NCBI GenBank assembly: GCA_964106645.2
Contig: OZ067039.1
DNA: 64,000 bases
From: Podarcis pityusensis
Lineage: Eukaryota
Strand: one strand, 5' to 3'
The translations under genes and the position numbers were made by a program. The notes below the pieces were generated by a model, which was not told the DNA's origin, did no database searches, and saw only the letters and a list, made by a program, of their open reading frames with translations. This document shows, one piece after another, positions 13,401 through 26,000 of the stretch (positions are counted from its first letter, which is position 1; the number at the start of each line of letters is the position of its first letter).

Positions 13401-16400
13401 ACTTCTGGAAGTACTGTATTTTAAGGCCCTGGGTTAAAGAAAGATTTTAATACATTAGCTTGTGAGTTAGCCTTACAGAGCACAGTACTAGTGCAGCTGT
13501 TGCTCGTTAGCAGAAACAAATATGATGTGTTATGTGTGTAAAGAAAATTGCTTATATTCCCATGCATAACAAACTGAAAGAAGAAGATAGGGACTTATTT
13601 TTAAATACTCGGGAGGAGGACATTCTAAGTGCAAAACCCCAGCTGGACACCACTCACAGGCTGTAACCTTGACTTGTTGAAAGGTTGAGCAAGTAAATGG
13701 ATTCAGCTTCTCCAGTGAGAGTGCCAGCACTGTTTCCAAGGCATGCCTTTTATGAAAGAATGGAACACATTCATGGCAGTTGTTCAGGGTTCTTTTTTCT
13801 TTCCTTCTCTGCCAGTTTGTTGAAGTTGAAGGACAGATCACGTCATTAGTTGATCTGTACCCATCCTTCCTAAGGAAGGGTTACCGACGGGAAATCTTCA
13901 TCGCTATAATATGTTTCGTCAGCTATCTTCTGGGACTATCTATGGTGACTGAAGTAAGTGAGACGAGCTGGTGTGGGTTTGCTTGGGTTTTGATTTCATT
14001 CTGTGAAGTCAAATAGTACAGTGCAAGAGGGAAGCAATCACAGTTCAAGGCAGAGCACAGGCTTTGCATGTGAAAAGGTGCCAGGTTGATTTCCTGCATC
14101 TCCAGTTAAAATAAAATTGGGAGAACTTTTCCTTCTGAGACCTTCAGAGAGCTGGTAGCAGCCAGAGCTAACAGTACTGGGCTGGATATACAAATAGTTT
14201 GGCCTGAGCATAGGGGAAATTCCTTGGTACCTAAGAGAGGAGCCTGGCTCTATAAAACGGTTACTCTGTTGTTGTCATTGTTTTTTAAAGCAGAAAGAGC
14301 AGTTGAGAACTTATTTATCCAAATCTTTCATTTCTCTTAAGTTCTCCAGTGGTGTCAATGTAAGGCCATGCCAATTGTAGCCCTGTGTATTATTAGTGCT
14401 GCTTTTATCCAGCACTGCATTTTCCCCAAGCTTATTTTTATAGAAGAACCTAGATAGCGTGCTCTGTTGTGCTGTAGATCTGGAGTAAACAAAGCTAGAT
14501 AGATGTGAAACATGTGGGAAATGGTGCAGGTTGAAGCCTATCTCATTATATTTGGGGCTTTGAAAGCACGTCAAAGTGCAAGTAGATAAATAGGCACTGC
14601 TCTGGCGGGAAGGTAAACTGCGTTTCCGTGTGCTGCTCTGGTTTGCCAGAAGCGGCTTAGTCATGCTGGCCTCATGACCCGGAAGCTGTACGCCGGCTCC
14701 CTCAGCCAGTAAAGCGAGATGAGCACTACAACCCCAGAGTCATCCGCGACTGGACTTAACTGTCAGGGGTCCCTTTACCTTTACAAGAGAACCTTATAGA
14801 AGGTGCTAGAAAAGGAGCAGAGGGAAATACAGTGCATGAAAGGAAAATATCATGCTAAGGGGAAAGCAGTGTCAGCCCATATATGAGGGAGCTCCTTGGT
14901 AAGCATTGCTTCCATATATTTTGGTCTTGTTATAGCAATTTCCGTTGAACACCAATTGTTTTCTCCCACCATATTTTTCTTGTGAGAGCCCATCCTAAAA
15001 TACTATCCTTTAGAAAGGAAATAGCTCAGTGTTGGAGTAGAATAAGCTAAATGGCTTAATTTTGGTCAATCACAATCTCTTTCAAAAATGCCTTCTATAT
15101 AAGAAATAAGTGCATGTTCTGGGGAGGACAACAGCATGTGCTTATAACTCCCCAACAGTTGATTGACAGTTGTATTTGCAGATGAGTAATCTTCCCCAGA
15201 GTGAGTCATAGATGTGAAGGATAGGGATGAAGGTCATCTTGCTTGCCACAGGTTTTCTTTGTGGTTTATTAATAGCACTTGTTTCTTTTTCTCTCTTGCT
15301 CTTTTTCAGGGTGGCATGTATGTGTTTCAACTCTTTGACTACTATGCAGCTAGTGGTGTATGCCTTTTGTGGGTTGCATTCTTTGAATGCATTGCTGTAG
15401 CCTGGGTTTATGGTGAGTAAGTTGTAAATATTTGGCCTGGTATTTTTCCTACAGGAACAACTAAACATTGCAGGGTCTTGGAAGATTAGGCTCCTGGATC
15501 CCAGGAGTTGGGATTGTGAGGGAGGCAGAGCTAAAATAGGGGTCGAGCTAAAATAGGGGTCTAAGTGACAAATATAATTTTTCTTACTTTGCTTCCTGAG
15601 ATGCAGTCCTTGACAGGGGAAAAAAAGGTTGCTATATGGCAGGCATGTCCAACAGGTAGATCGTGATCTACTGGAAGATCACTGGGTGTTCCTGGTAGAT
15701 CTTTGGCCCCTCAGAGATCTCCTCCCCCCCCAAAAAAAGGGGGAGGAGGAAGCTGAACAACTGTGGCTTAAAGCTCAACAACTTTGCCTTTCATGAATCT
15801 GATCTGTAAAAAAAGAGAGAGAGAGACATTGCACATACTTTTGTAAACTAAGAAAATCTTTAACAAAAATAGATTAAAAAACAACAACAACTTTGCTTTT
15901 CCCAAAAAAGCTCGACAACTTTGGCCCATCCAATGACAATGGGTAGATCACTGCCAATTTTTTTATACTGTGAGTAGATCGCAGTCTATTGGGAGTTGGA
16001 CGTCCCTTCTATATGGGAACAGAGTTGGTGAATGTGAAGCTAAGAATCACTCTCCCAATTGAAACAACATATTGGCTTTCTTAGGAAGTGAGCCTGAGTC
16101 CCAGCCTTGAAAAATGAAGTAGTGTTTATAATACACATTACATTGTGAGAGATATTGGCTGAATCAAGCTGGATGCGGTGGTTGGTTTGGGGAATTTTCA
16201 AAAAGTATCTCCCTTTTCCAAAAGCAAGATTTTCAGGGGGCAATTGAAAAGGCATGGCTGGGCTTATTGAGAGGAAAGTTAATGGGGCTTGGCCCCTGTA
16301 CCAATGTTCCCTTTTGCTATGCTGCTCTGTGGCAATGAAAGTGCTGCAATGCAGCACAACAGGGAGCATCTGCCCAGATAGACTTTGCATGTTCATCTGA

Positions 16401-19400
16401 GTGCAAATGTTGCCTGTGCCTGTGCTGACACCATTAGAAGTGGTCTGGAACTTCAGAGGGAAGGTGGTGCAACTTCCGTTGCCTTCGGCACTACATAGCC
16501 AACTTTGAATGGGTCTGGCTCGCCATCAGTTTTACAATGTGGTGTCTTTTTAGTTGAATACCATTGTGAAGGAGAAAGAATAAGTTTAACTTTTAAAGCT
16601 GAAAAAAAAATCCTGGACCAGTAGTAGACTGGGGAAGAATCACTGTTTTAACAGGCACAAAGAAAGCGTAAGATAGAAGGTGTGGGTTTTTCAGCACTCT
16701 TTTCGGGCTTCTTGAAAACTCACTTTTTATTTCAAAACTCTGGTGCACATAAGTGTGGGAATCATCGCTACTAAGGTCAAAAAAGAACAAATTTCTTTCT
16801 GTTTGGTATGATGTTAGTGTTTATGTTAAACATAGCCTGTCTCCCTAGTCCTATTACTCCCAGCCGACAAATGGCTGTGGGTAATGCAATAAAACTATGG
16901 TTTGCTGGATCTGCAGCTCATCCCCCTGGAAATTAAGTGATATCCATGTTGATATTTTTAGAAACTTGTTATAATTTCTATTATAATAAAGGTTTGAAAT
17001 GTATTACCGGTATCTCTGCCCCCCGCCCTTTTGGTACCTGTTTTTTGTGATGGTTTTGTTCTACATTTGATTTTGCATTTAATACAAAAGAATTTAAAAA
17101 ATGTGGCATAGCTCCCATTATGAGGTTAGAGCCAAAGCAGGCATCTCATCCAGGCCAGTAACATTCCCTTTCCCTTTTGTCGAACTCTAGGCGCTGATAA
17201 TTTTTATGATGCCATTGAAGATATGATTGGTTACAGGCCCGGTCCCTGGATGAAGTGGAGCTGGATTATAATCACACCAGTTCTCTGTGTGGTGAGTGCT
17301 TGAAACAGCTTGTCTAAAACATGGTTTTGCATCTGTAGTAGAATTTGTTGCTTTATTATTTTACTCCTCATCTTCTCCAACAGTAGCTTCATGAGTTAAG
17401 ATACTGAGTTAAAAATGTATAATGTGTAAAGGAATTGCTCCCATGGTAAAACATCTCCACTGGCATTCCATTTTTTTCCATGCCCACATAAAACTGCTGG
17501 ACTTTTGCATTTAAAGCCATCAGCTGGGGAACCTAAAAGAACATCTTTCTCCCACGTGAACCTGCCTACCAATTAAGATCTTTTTCAGAGGCTTTCCTGT
17601 GGACCACTCTGCTGCAGCTAACAGAAATGGCTTTTAATGTATTCATAGGGTGCCCAAATGATGAAATTTTCATCCCAGATATCATCATCAATAATAATAA
17701 TAATAATAATAATTTCTGTACCGTCCTTCATTGAAGGATCACAGGGTGGAAGGCACCCCTTGCCACTGAAGCCTTCTGAGCCTCAAGCAACAACAGTGAA
17801 TCCAGAAGAACCCCCAAGCTATGTGCCTGTTTGCCTGGCACTCTGTTAATTACCTTTTTTTCTCTAGGCAAAGTCCATCCTATTGCAAAGGAAGAATAAG
17901 GAGTGCACTCTTAAGCACACTCCTGAATCTTCTTTTGCAGTCACTGCTGGAATTCAGAACGTGAAAGTTGAAGCTGGAGCTGCGAAAAAAGAAGCATGAA
18001 CACCCTTAGAGTGTGCTTCTAGTGCCTCTTTTTGCAGTCCCTACTTGAACTTCCAGTCACCTGGCTGTCCTACTCAGCTGTCAAAGTGGCCTGTGGAAGG
18101 GTTTTTATCTTACTGGTGGCTGTGTAGAGCTGCATTTTTGCTGCTTTCAGTTTTGTAAGCTGCCTTGAGGGCATTTGCAGCAAAAGGCAGGCTATAAATT
18201 CTATAAATAAACATGCAGTAAGCAGAACAGTAATCAAGCATTGTTTGAAGGCATTGGAATGTGATGGGCCGTTGCCATTAGATGGTTCCTCAAGCTATTT
18301 CAGTTAAACTTTGTATACTTTAGCACACAGGAAGCGTGAGAGAGAAGTGGATCTATAATACTAGTATTTTGAGATGGCTTACTCTGCAGGCTTACCAAGA
18401 AGAAAGCCCCACTGAACACAGCAAGATCTGCTTCTGAGTAAACATGAACAAGATTGCACTGCATATTACACAAAGCCTAAAAGGTGGAAGCATTCATGTC
18501 AAGTGAAAAGAAGTAGGGCAGTGCTACGATGAATACATCAAAGCCTTCTTGTTCTTTTTGGTGTATAGTAGTGCAGCACAGGAGTAGCCAGCACTCCCAG
18601 TGGTGTGTCTGTACATAGGGCTTATTTCCCTGTCGCCTCTTTTCCTCACCCCATCATTACACAGCTGCCAGAAGGCTTGGTGTGCACCCCATCAACTGCT
18701 CCTGGTGTGCAGCATGCTACACCTTTTCACTTTGGTTGCACAGAATATACAACAAAACAACACTCTTACTGAATGGGGAAAGGATGCAGAACAAATATGG
18801 CATCCCCTACCCCTGCTATTACCAATTATTACCATAATCTCTAGCAGTGTGATTCCAGGGGCAGAGGAAGCACTAAGGGGGTGTACTTAATGGAAAGGAA
18901 GGAATGAGGTAGATGTTGTTTTTTGAATCTCAAGTTCCAAAAAGGAAGTGGAGAAAGCTTTTAAAATGTCATTTTTCTCCCACTCCACAGCTTCTTGTAA
19001 ACACAAGGCATGTGCAGAGTTAGGCATGAAAGCAAATAACAACAGCAAAAACTACAGCAGAAGCTCAACTTTTGTCAAGCTTATCTATTGTCAAGCTCGT
19101 GTGTTTTTCTATAGACTGTACATTCATTGGATACTGTAAATTCATGCAGCTACTAGTGTCAGTAGCAGAAAGGTGCATACAGTTCTTCCAACAAATCTTC
19201 ATCCTGTCTGTTTTGTTTTGTTTCTTTTCCTAATGCAGGGGTGCTTTATCTTTTCTCTGGCCAAGTATACACCACTGACCTACAACAAGGTGTACATATA
19301 TCCTCAGTGGGCCATTGGCCTGGGGTGGATTCTTGCCCTCTCTTCTATGGTCTGCATCCCGCTTGTAATGCTTATCCGTATTCTACAGTCCGATGGCTCT

Positions 19401-22400
19401 CTCATTGAGGTAAGTCAACAACCTGAAAGCACATGAGAATGCACACTGGCCCTCACAGGCTTTTTTCTCCGCAACTGCCTTCCCAGCCTCAACTCCAGTG
19501 CTTTGCTGCAGGATCCAGGCTATTTCCAGTGCACATACATCATTTCTACATCTACAAAAGTTTTTCCTGGTCATTCATTCAATGGATAGGGCAATTTTAC
19601 AGGCCCTGTTATTTTGGTGCATTCACAATGCTTAAAACAGGGCATAGCAGAGTTCTTCTGTTGAACTGGACAAGGTTCAGTGCAATTAAATAAGATGCCT
19701 GTTGTTTTAGTCATATTTACATTCTGGAAAAGAATACAGGTGCTCAATAATTTTAGCTTCTGGACAGCTGGAACGCGGCCAGTACAGAGTGAAGTTACAA
19801 ATGCATGGGATTGTAATATTTGCTAAAAGAACTGGTGTCCATTTACAAACCACAAAGCCCTCTCTATCCAAGTTGATTCCTCTAAGCCAGTACAGTAATT
19901 TCCAACCTTTTCCAACTTGGGACCTTATTTAGCCCAAACATCCATTTGAAGACACGCTTTCTAATTTTTTCAATCTTACATTTGTATGTTGGTAGTGCTG
20001 CTGTTGCACGCCAGTAGTGGTCATGATCATCTAGTTAAAGAAGACCAATAGTCTAAGCATTATCCAAATGGGGGCCCTCTGCTTGCCTCTCACACCATTT
20101 CTCAAAGTGACTTCTTTGCAATAGTACTTACTGGAGTGGAGATACCCAGGTATAAAATGCCCAGACTCTAGCACATAGGAAGTGTGCAAGCATTTGGTAC
20201 TGTAATAATCAAATGCACAGAAACAGTAACCAGGCAATAATATAGACCTTTTTATTAATAGATTTTTTAATTAATTATCAGTTTTTAAACAACATGTATT
20301 TTAAATAACAACACTCAAATATATTCATTCTAATAAATAGTTTACAATCAGGCATCAATACAGTTAACTTACTAATTCCTTCATTGTGTTATGCAACATA
20401 TAGCAGGCTTTCCCCCCAGTATAGGACTTCTATTTGCATATATTTGTAAAGGGGCAAGCTTCAAATATTTATCCTTTTTAAATAAATCCAGGACTCATCT
20501 ATTTTGCGCTATTACTATTTTGCCAGATTATAAGAGTTGCTTGAGTAGCAGTCCTCTGCTTAGTTGCTATACTGGAATCTCAGACAAGTCAGCCTAGCTT
20601 TTGATGATTGTACTTTGACAAGAGCCCTAGTAAAGACATGAAGATCCACCTGTGGGATCCACATGTTGAGTGTGCAGCCTCCCTTCCGGGTGCCGCACCA
20701 TAGATGGGCATCCTAGCTACATAGTGTGCTGTGTGGAAGGATCTAGCCTGCATCAGCTGCACTACTGAGTTAAGAGAGCCACCTAGTGGAAGCAGTAACT
20801 TATCAGTACCTCAGGTCCAAGTGATGCTCACTGCATATTACTCACACCAGCTTCCCCCAAAACCTTTCTTCTTGTTCTTTGCATTATCACACTTTCTCCC
20901 AGTAACAAAATCAGTTTTCTGATCTCATCTTGTCTCATAAGCACTGGCTTGGACGTTCAAACTAAATCCACTTCATGGTCATGAACCAACATTTTTTTGC
21001 CATTTGAACTGTGACTACATAAGAGCAGCCCTGCCAAATCATACCAAAGGCATGTGTATTTCAACACCCGCCTCCCCCCCCCCAAGTCAGATCCTTGCAG
21101 GAAACCCACAAGCAGCGCCCTCTTTCATTTGTTCACTAGTGACTTGAATAACTCAGAAGCATGGTGTCTCTGATCCCGAGGAAGCATACAGGCATCGTGA
21201 TGGGTAGCCACTGATAGCCCTACCTTCCATCAATTGGTCTAATCCCTTTTAAAAGCCATCTAAGGCGGCAGCCACTGTGCCGCTGACATTTTGCAGCAGC
21301 CAATTCCCTCACTTAGCAACGTGCTGTATGAAGAAATACTCCATCTCCTTTGTGCCAAATCTATTCAGTTTATTAATTACCCTTCACCATAAGGTTCCAG
21401 GACAGGTTACATCCATTTAAAATACAATATTTGAAAACAGGCTACCCATTAAGCTCTCTTGGATGACTCTGAGTGAGTGAGTGAGTGAGTGAGTGAGTGA
21501 GTGTGAGAGAGTGAAAGAGATAAGTCTCTCCTCTTTTTCCACACTATGCATCATTTTACACAACGCTGTCATGTCTTCTCTGACCTTTTTTTCTAAACCA
21601 GAAAACCCCAGGTGTTCTGATCTTTCCTCATAGGGGAGCTGTCCTTTTCTATACCCTTTCCTGCTCTACAATATTCCTCCTGCCCCCCCTTTTTTTGAGA
21701 TGCAGCAACCAGAACTGTTGGCATTGGCTTGTGTTCATTGCAGTGCTACTGATAAGGTGCTGTCAGCACAAGGATTTTCCTGCATGATGGGACCTTCTTC
21801 CCTTGTGCCTTCCCCGATCTTTTCTGGGGGTTGCCCCAACCCTCCAGAGCTGTTTTGGGAACAGCACAGGAGGAGGAAGGAATTAATGTGGGAATCCTTG
21901 TACTAGCTTCTGCTGGTGCAATGGGTTTGCTGAATATGACCCAGTGTGCTGTTTCAAGTGTGCTACATCATAGGTATTGGTATTATAATTCCTAGTATGA
22001 TATTCAGTTTTTTTCTACAGCTGCTGCAGGCTGAGTTGATGCATATCTACCATAACCTCTCCACACACACACACCCGTCCCTGCCGGTGATTTTTTTTAT
22101 CCTGGTCATCACTGCCAGTTCAGTCATACACGTTTGGATTCCACTAAATTGTGTGCATAGAACAAGGTCCACTCATGTAATTGTGCTTCTATCTCCTCTT
22201 CCCACGTGCCCTTCCCTCCCAATCTGCTCTGGAGCATTGGGGAAGCCCCCAGAACAGGTTTAGGGGGCATCTGGTTGGGCTTTGCTTATGTTCTTATAAG
22301 GAGAGGAGGGAAAATCTTGAGCACACCCCATTCTGTGCACACATGCATCCTACTTAGCCTTACACTGAACTCTGCCAACATTCATGTATCTGTAAAGTTA

Positions 22401-22608
22401 GGCTTTTTCACTCCATAAGGATCTGGAAGCCTTTTCAAATACTATGTTTCCCTTTCTCTCTTTCCAGAGGGTGAAGGCAGTGGCTGCCCCTCGTGAGATA
22501 ACTCGGTGGGAGAAAGAAACAGAGAGCGCTGCCCCCTTCTGCCCTCCTGGAATGGCCAATGGAGAACTGATCAAGCCAACTCATATCATCGTGGAGACAA
22601 TGATGTGA
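1195..22608 (+). CDS. SLC6A6: Sodium- and chloride-dependent taurine transporter TauT; multi-exon, 5' exons outside the window
   Basis: Spliced exons give [10 protein letters not shown]...[17 protein letters not shown]...[15 protein letters not shown].../[18 protein letters not shown].../[13 protein letters not shown]...[32 protein letters not shown].../...[11 protein letters not shown]. The C-terminus is TauT-specific, exon sizes match my recollection of the mammalian gene, and the gene lies next to GRIP2. Confidence 0.97.
3655..3787 (+). CDS. SLC6A6: SLC6A6 coding exon, 133 bp
   Basis: ttaag|GCACAAC...GGGAAA|gtaagt; [44 protein letters not shown]. Confidence 0.95.
4299..4620. mobile_element. 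hAT-type non-autonomous DNA transposon nested in a CR1-tail SINE fragment (host about 4249-4650, minus strand)
   Basis: Imperfect TIRs CAGGGGTCAGCAAACT / AGTTTGCCTGCCCATG; 8-bp TSD ATCTAGTC at 4291-4298 and 4621-4628. Confidence 0.88.
6772..6906 (+). CDS. SLC6A6: SLC6A6 coding exon, 135 bp (not in ORF track)
   Basis: ccag|GTTGTGTAC...CCACAG|gtgggt; [45 protein letters not shown]. Confidence 0.95.
7794..8158. mobile_element. hAT-type MITE
   Basis: TIRs CAGGGCTGGGGAACC / GGTTCCCTACCACTG; 8-bp TSD GCCTAAGC at 7786-7793 and 8159-8166. Confidence 0.85.
8605..8708 (+). CDS. SLC6A6: SLC6A6 coding exon (TM6), 104 bp, GC donor
   Basis: ttag|GTCTGGATAGAT...TGCTATAG|gcaagt; [35 protein letters not shown]. 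Confidence 0.93.
8817..8948. other. Assembly gap (132 N), probably hiding an SLC6A6 coding exon (TM7)
   Basis: Run of N. The flanking exons are phase-incompatible (2 vs 1), and the expected [41 protein letters not shown]-like exon is not seen elsewhere in 8709-12267. Confidence 0.85.
12268..12380 (+). CDS. SLC6A6: SLC6A6 coding exon (TM8), 113 bp
   Basis: ttag|GTCCAGGC...AGCCAG|gtgagt; [38 protein letters not shown]. Confidence 0.95.
13816..13953 (+). CDS. SLC6A6: SLC6A6 coding exon, 138 bp
   Basis: ccag|TTTGTTGAA...ACTGAA|gtaagt; [46 protein letters not shown]. Confidence 0.95.
14558..14784 (+). mobile_element. 5'-truncated Sauria SINE
   Basis: Same core and CCTTTACCTTTAC tail as the 46603 and 60434 copies; tRNA head missing. 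Confidence 0.88.
15310..15412 (+). CDS. SLC6A6: SLC6A6 coding exon, 103 bp
   Basis: tcag|GGTGGCATG...TATG|gtgagt; [35 protein letters not shown]. Confidence 0.95.
15640..16008. mobile_element. hAT-type MITE
   Basis: Ends CAGGCATGTCCAAC / GTTGGACGTCCCTT, subterminal GTAGATC repeats; 8-bp TSD CTATATGG at 15632-15639 and 16009-16016. Confidence 0.85.
17191..17291 (+). CDS. SLC6A6: SLC6A6 coding exon, 101 bp (not in ORF track)
   Basis: ctag|GCGCTGAT...TGTGTG|gtgagt; (G)[33 protein letters not shown]. Confidence 0.95.
19239..19409 (+). CDS. SLC6A6: SLC6A6 coding exon (TM12), 171 bp
   Basis: gcag|GGGTGC...ATTGAG|gtaagt; [57 protein letters not shown]. Confidence 0.95.
21010..21720 (-). mobile_element. 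Old CR1-like LINE 3' fragment(s)
   Basis: TCTAATCCCTTTTAAAAGCCATCTAAG...GTGCTGTATGAAGAAATACT... resembles a reverse-complemented CR1 ORF2 end; interrupted by a (TGAG)n repeat. Confidence 0.55.
21469..21503 (+). repeat. (TGAG)n microsatellite
   Basis: Direct reading of the sequence. Confidence 0.9.
22468..22608 (+). CDS. SLC6A6: SLC6A6 last coding exon (C-terminal tail and stop)
   Basis: ccag|AGGGTGAAG...ATGATGTGA; [46 protein letters not shown]. Confidence 0.95.
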   Translation, partial: RVKAVAAPREITRWEKETESAAPFCPPGMANGELIKPTHIIVETMM

Positions 22609-22954
22609 GCTCTCTCTATGAGAGGAAGACGCCTGCTTTAAAACTGCCGTTTACTAACCATAGAATCTCTCATAGGACCAGGTTTACAGAGCTTTATATT
22701 TGCACTAGGATTTATTTTTATTTCTCACAGAGAAAGTTATTTTTTGTGTGTTCAGTTTTTATTTTTTAATATTTTGTAAAGTAAATCACAGTGGATGCCT
22801 CTCGCTCTATTTAGAGGCAGAGCTTTCATATCAAATTAGGCACACTGCAGGAATTTACTAATTTTCTCTCTCTCCACACAACATATCTATCTAACGCCTA
22901 TTCATGATACCACTTTACCACTTGAGTTGATTTTCTTGCCAGCAATATATACAT

Positions 22955-23044
22955 GGGCTGCAATCCTATGCACATTTTCTTGGGATTATGCCCCATTGAA
23001 CACAGTGGGACTTACTTCTGAGTAAACATATATAGGATTATGCC
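22955..23044. repeat. About 85-bp imperfect palindromic interspersed repeat (GCAATCCTA...TAGGATTGC family); other copies at about 10248, 10414, 18384, 26611, 33229, 39684, 60843 and 63799
   Basis: Shared motifs GCAATCCT, CCCA(T/C)TGAA, ACTTACTTCTGAGTAAAC and AGGATTGC between copies. Confidence 0.7.
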
Positions 23045-26000
23045 AACACACAACATATATAAATATATGCATATACACGTTTCAAATTTCTTTAGGTGCT
23101 GGTGTGGTTGCGAACAGGGTAAAACCAAAACTTAAGAAAGTGAATATCTCACTGGAGGCATTTGCTTTTTTAAAGCTTATGTTGTTTTAAGAAACTGGTT
23201 TTCAAAGGTGTGGCACTATCTTCCTCTGGTTCAAGTGGGGAGAATTAAAGCAGGAAAGGGTACATGCTTTTATGCTTATTGTGGTCCATGTAAAATATAG
23301 AGAGATTGTAGATATATATTTGTGTGCTTGTAATTGGAAAAGCTGCAATATGGGGTGGGAATTGGGAGCAGTTGGGAACCAAGGGAACAATCCACGCAGC
23401 AGCCATCTCCTGAGTACGGTTTCTGTGCGAAAAGCCTGCAAGAGGGTGGCAAGGTCATTCCTGCTTGGGTGGCATTTTGCCAGGCAGTACCCTCTCAGGG
23501 CCACTTTCTACATCCCATGAGTCCCGTCTTCCCTAAGCCAGTTCTGTGTCTAATATCCCAACACAGGCAGAGTTTATATGTAAACTTCTGAGAAAGACAT
23601 GCAGACCTTTGTGTTGCCCTACTACTATTGTTTGGTATAGAAGGGTTTCTCTGAGAAGCCGCCTTGTGTCCTAGATCCCTTCTTGGTTTGCTTTTTGAGA
23701 CACGAGAGTAACTTAACAGGTCGGCGGAGTGGACTGAAGCAAAGTGATGTGGGGAGTGGCCCGTCTTCCGCAGGCCGTACTCGAGAAATGAACTGGCTTT
23801 GACTTGAATTTTCTTAGAAAGGTAGCTTGCTGTCAAAGAGCACGTATAGAAGTGCAGCAAAAGCGCTGTGCAATTCTGAAGCATTTTTGAAACCCCAAAC
23901 TTGCCAAAATTTATCATTTCTAGTTCACAGAAAGGAGTGTTGGGCCTGTATCATTCAAAGCAGCGTAGTAGCATATCGGTCACTATAAAACCTGAAATGG
24001 ACCTCTAGACCCACTGCTGAGGAAGCTACTGCAGCGCAGGACTATTCAGGACATGCAGCTGAGTGAGAGAGAGAGAGAGAAAGAAGGAGATGCAGGAGGC
24101 AGACTTAGATCCTGATCCTCACAGGCATTTAAGTAGAGTCATCATTTGTATCGTATGGAGATAAGGAAGCACAAGAAGATGAAATGAGCTACAAAGGCAT
24201 TTTAGTTTGGATGAGGCATGAAACATCTGAACAAGATTTTTCATCGGTGAACTAAGCGTACAGAACTTTCCCACTTACCTCAGGAATAAGGATTTGCTTC
24301 TGGAAATCTCACCTCAGTTTTGACCAAGCCCTGGTTCTTATGGAAGGTAATAAGATGGTGTTGGATAAAGGCTCTTAGACCCTCCCATATGGGCATTGAT
24401 CTTGGGGGAGGTGGTGCCCCCTTTTAAGTGAGTATTGGCACTAAACGCAATATGGGCAGGATTGTAAGCCAGAAATGGCAGCAAAGCCTTTACCTGAGTA
24501 CCTGTAGCCAGTTTAGTCTGTCAGTGACAGATACTGTAGTTTAAACTGGAACCTAGCCAGTATTTAAAAACATTCCTAATTACATTTTTTTTAAAGAAAA
24601 AAGAAAACCTAAGAAAATGTCTGCGTGTGTCCCATGCTCTCATTGGCCACAGCGTATTGGTTTTACAAATGCTTGCTAAGTCATGTCAGGTTTTATATGA
24701 AATGGAAACAACTTTAAATAAAAAAGGACCAAAGCACAGTTATTTCAAGTTTCTTGTATAGCTGACTTTTTTTTTTTTAAGGTAAGAGTCTCAAATTTAT
24801 TTTTATGTGAGGGAACTGAACTTTGAGTACACACAGGTGGCCAGGGTCAGGGCTTTCTTTTTCCAGTGACCATCCTACTGGAAGAGCCTTAAGCCAAACA
24901 CTTCCATAATATGCGATGACATGATAGCATCATTCTCAAATCCTAGCCCCTACCAGCTGAAAAGCTTAACCTGGAGGGCTAAGGCAGCCAAGGGAAAGCT
25001 GACCTCTCTCATCCAAGCCTCATTGCTAGCCAAAGTAGGACTCCAATTTAATAAGCACAGGTTAGACTTGTATTGTCTCTTTTCATGCTTTTGGGAAGCA
25101 ATGAGTTAGGCCAGAAGCAGATCTTAACTGAATTCCCTTGACTCTCCCTGGTGCACATTGACCTAAATACGGTGCAGTGTATATTTTGATAAGCAAGTAA
25201 ATAAATGAGTTCAGGCTTTCCAAAGCAGCTGATGATCCCAGTGCAAATATAATCAACCAGGGGATACTCTAAGCACATATTGTGGGAGGATGAATTTCCA
25301 GAACAAAACCAGAAAGAATCAGTCCTGCGCTTTTAGAGTTCCAGCTAGGGAAGACAAGTACCCAGCCCATTTTGAGGTTAAGCTGTGCCATTTGAATCAG
25401 TAGCTTCCATGTTGAGGGTGAAAGGGTTTTATAGGCATATACACAGTGACCTTAAAAAGTTATGCTAGCTAGTTAGTGTAATTGGGGGCGGGTGGGGGTG
25501 AGCAAAGCCTCAATCAAGTTTAACACAGCCTGTCATCCCTAGGTTTTCTGTTCCAAGGAGCACATTTTCACACCGCAAAATCTCTGAATAATCGAATGTG
25601 GTAAATCTGAATGTCAACAGTAGATTCTGCCAAATTAAAGGGCATGGGGTGGGAGTGGGGGCAGGGTTAGGGGGGACATTGTAAACAACTGTTTGTATTT
25701 TCTACTTATTTATGATTGAAAAAAAGAAAGACTGGTTTTTTTCTAATTTACTTTGTAGAACTTTGTGGCCTATTTTATCTGTTATTTTGTAACTGAGAAG
25801 TTAAATATTCAGTATTGTGACTAACTGTTGGTGAACTGGGAGATGGGGGAGGGAGGGCGGAATAGCATAAATGTTTGTTCACATAAGTGATTGCATTTCA
25901 AAAAAAAAAAAAAGTGGGGAGAGAATGAGAGCATACCTTGAATGCTTTGTGGGTTTGGAAAAGGGACATGTTCTTGAAACAGTGTTCTTGATTTGGATGA

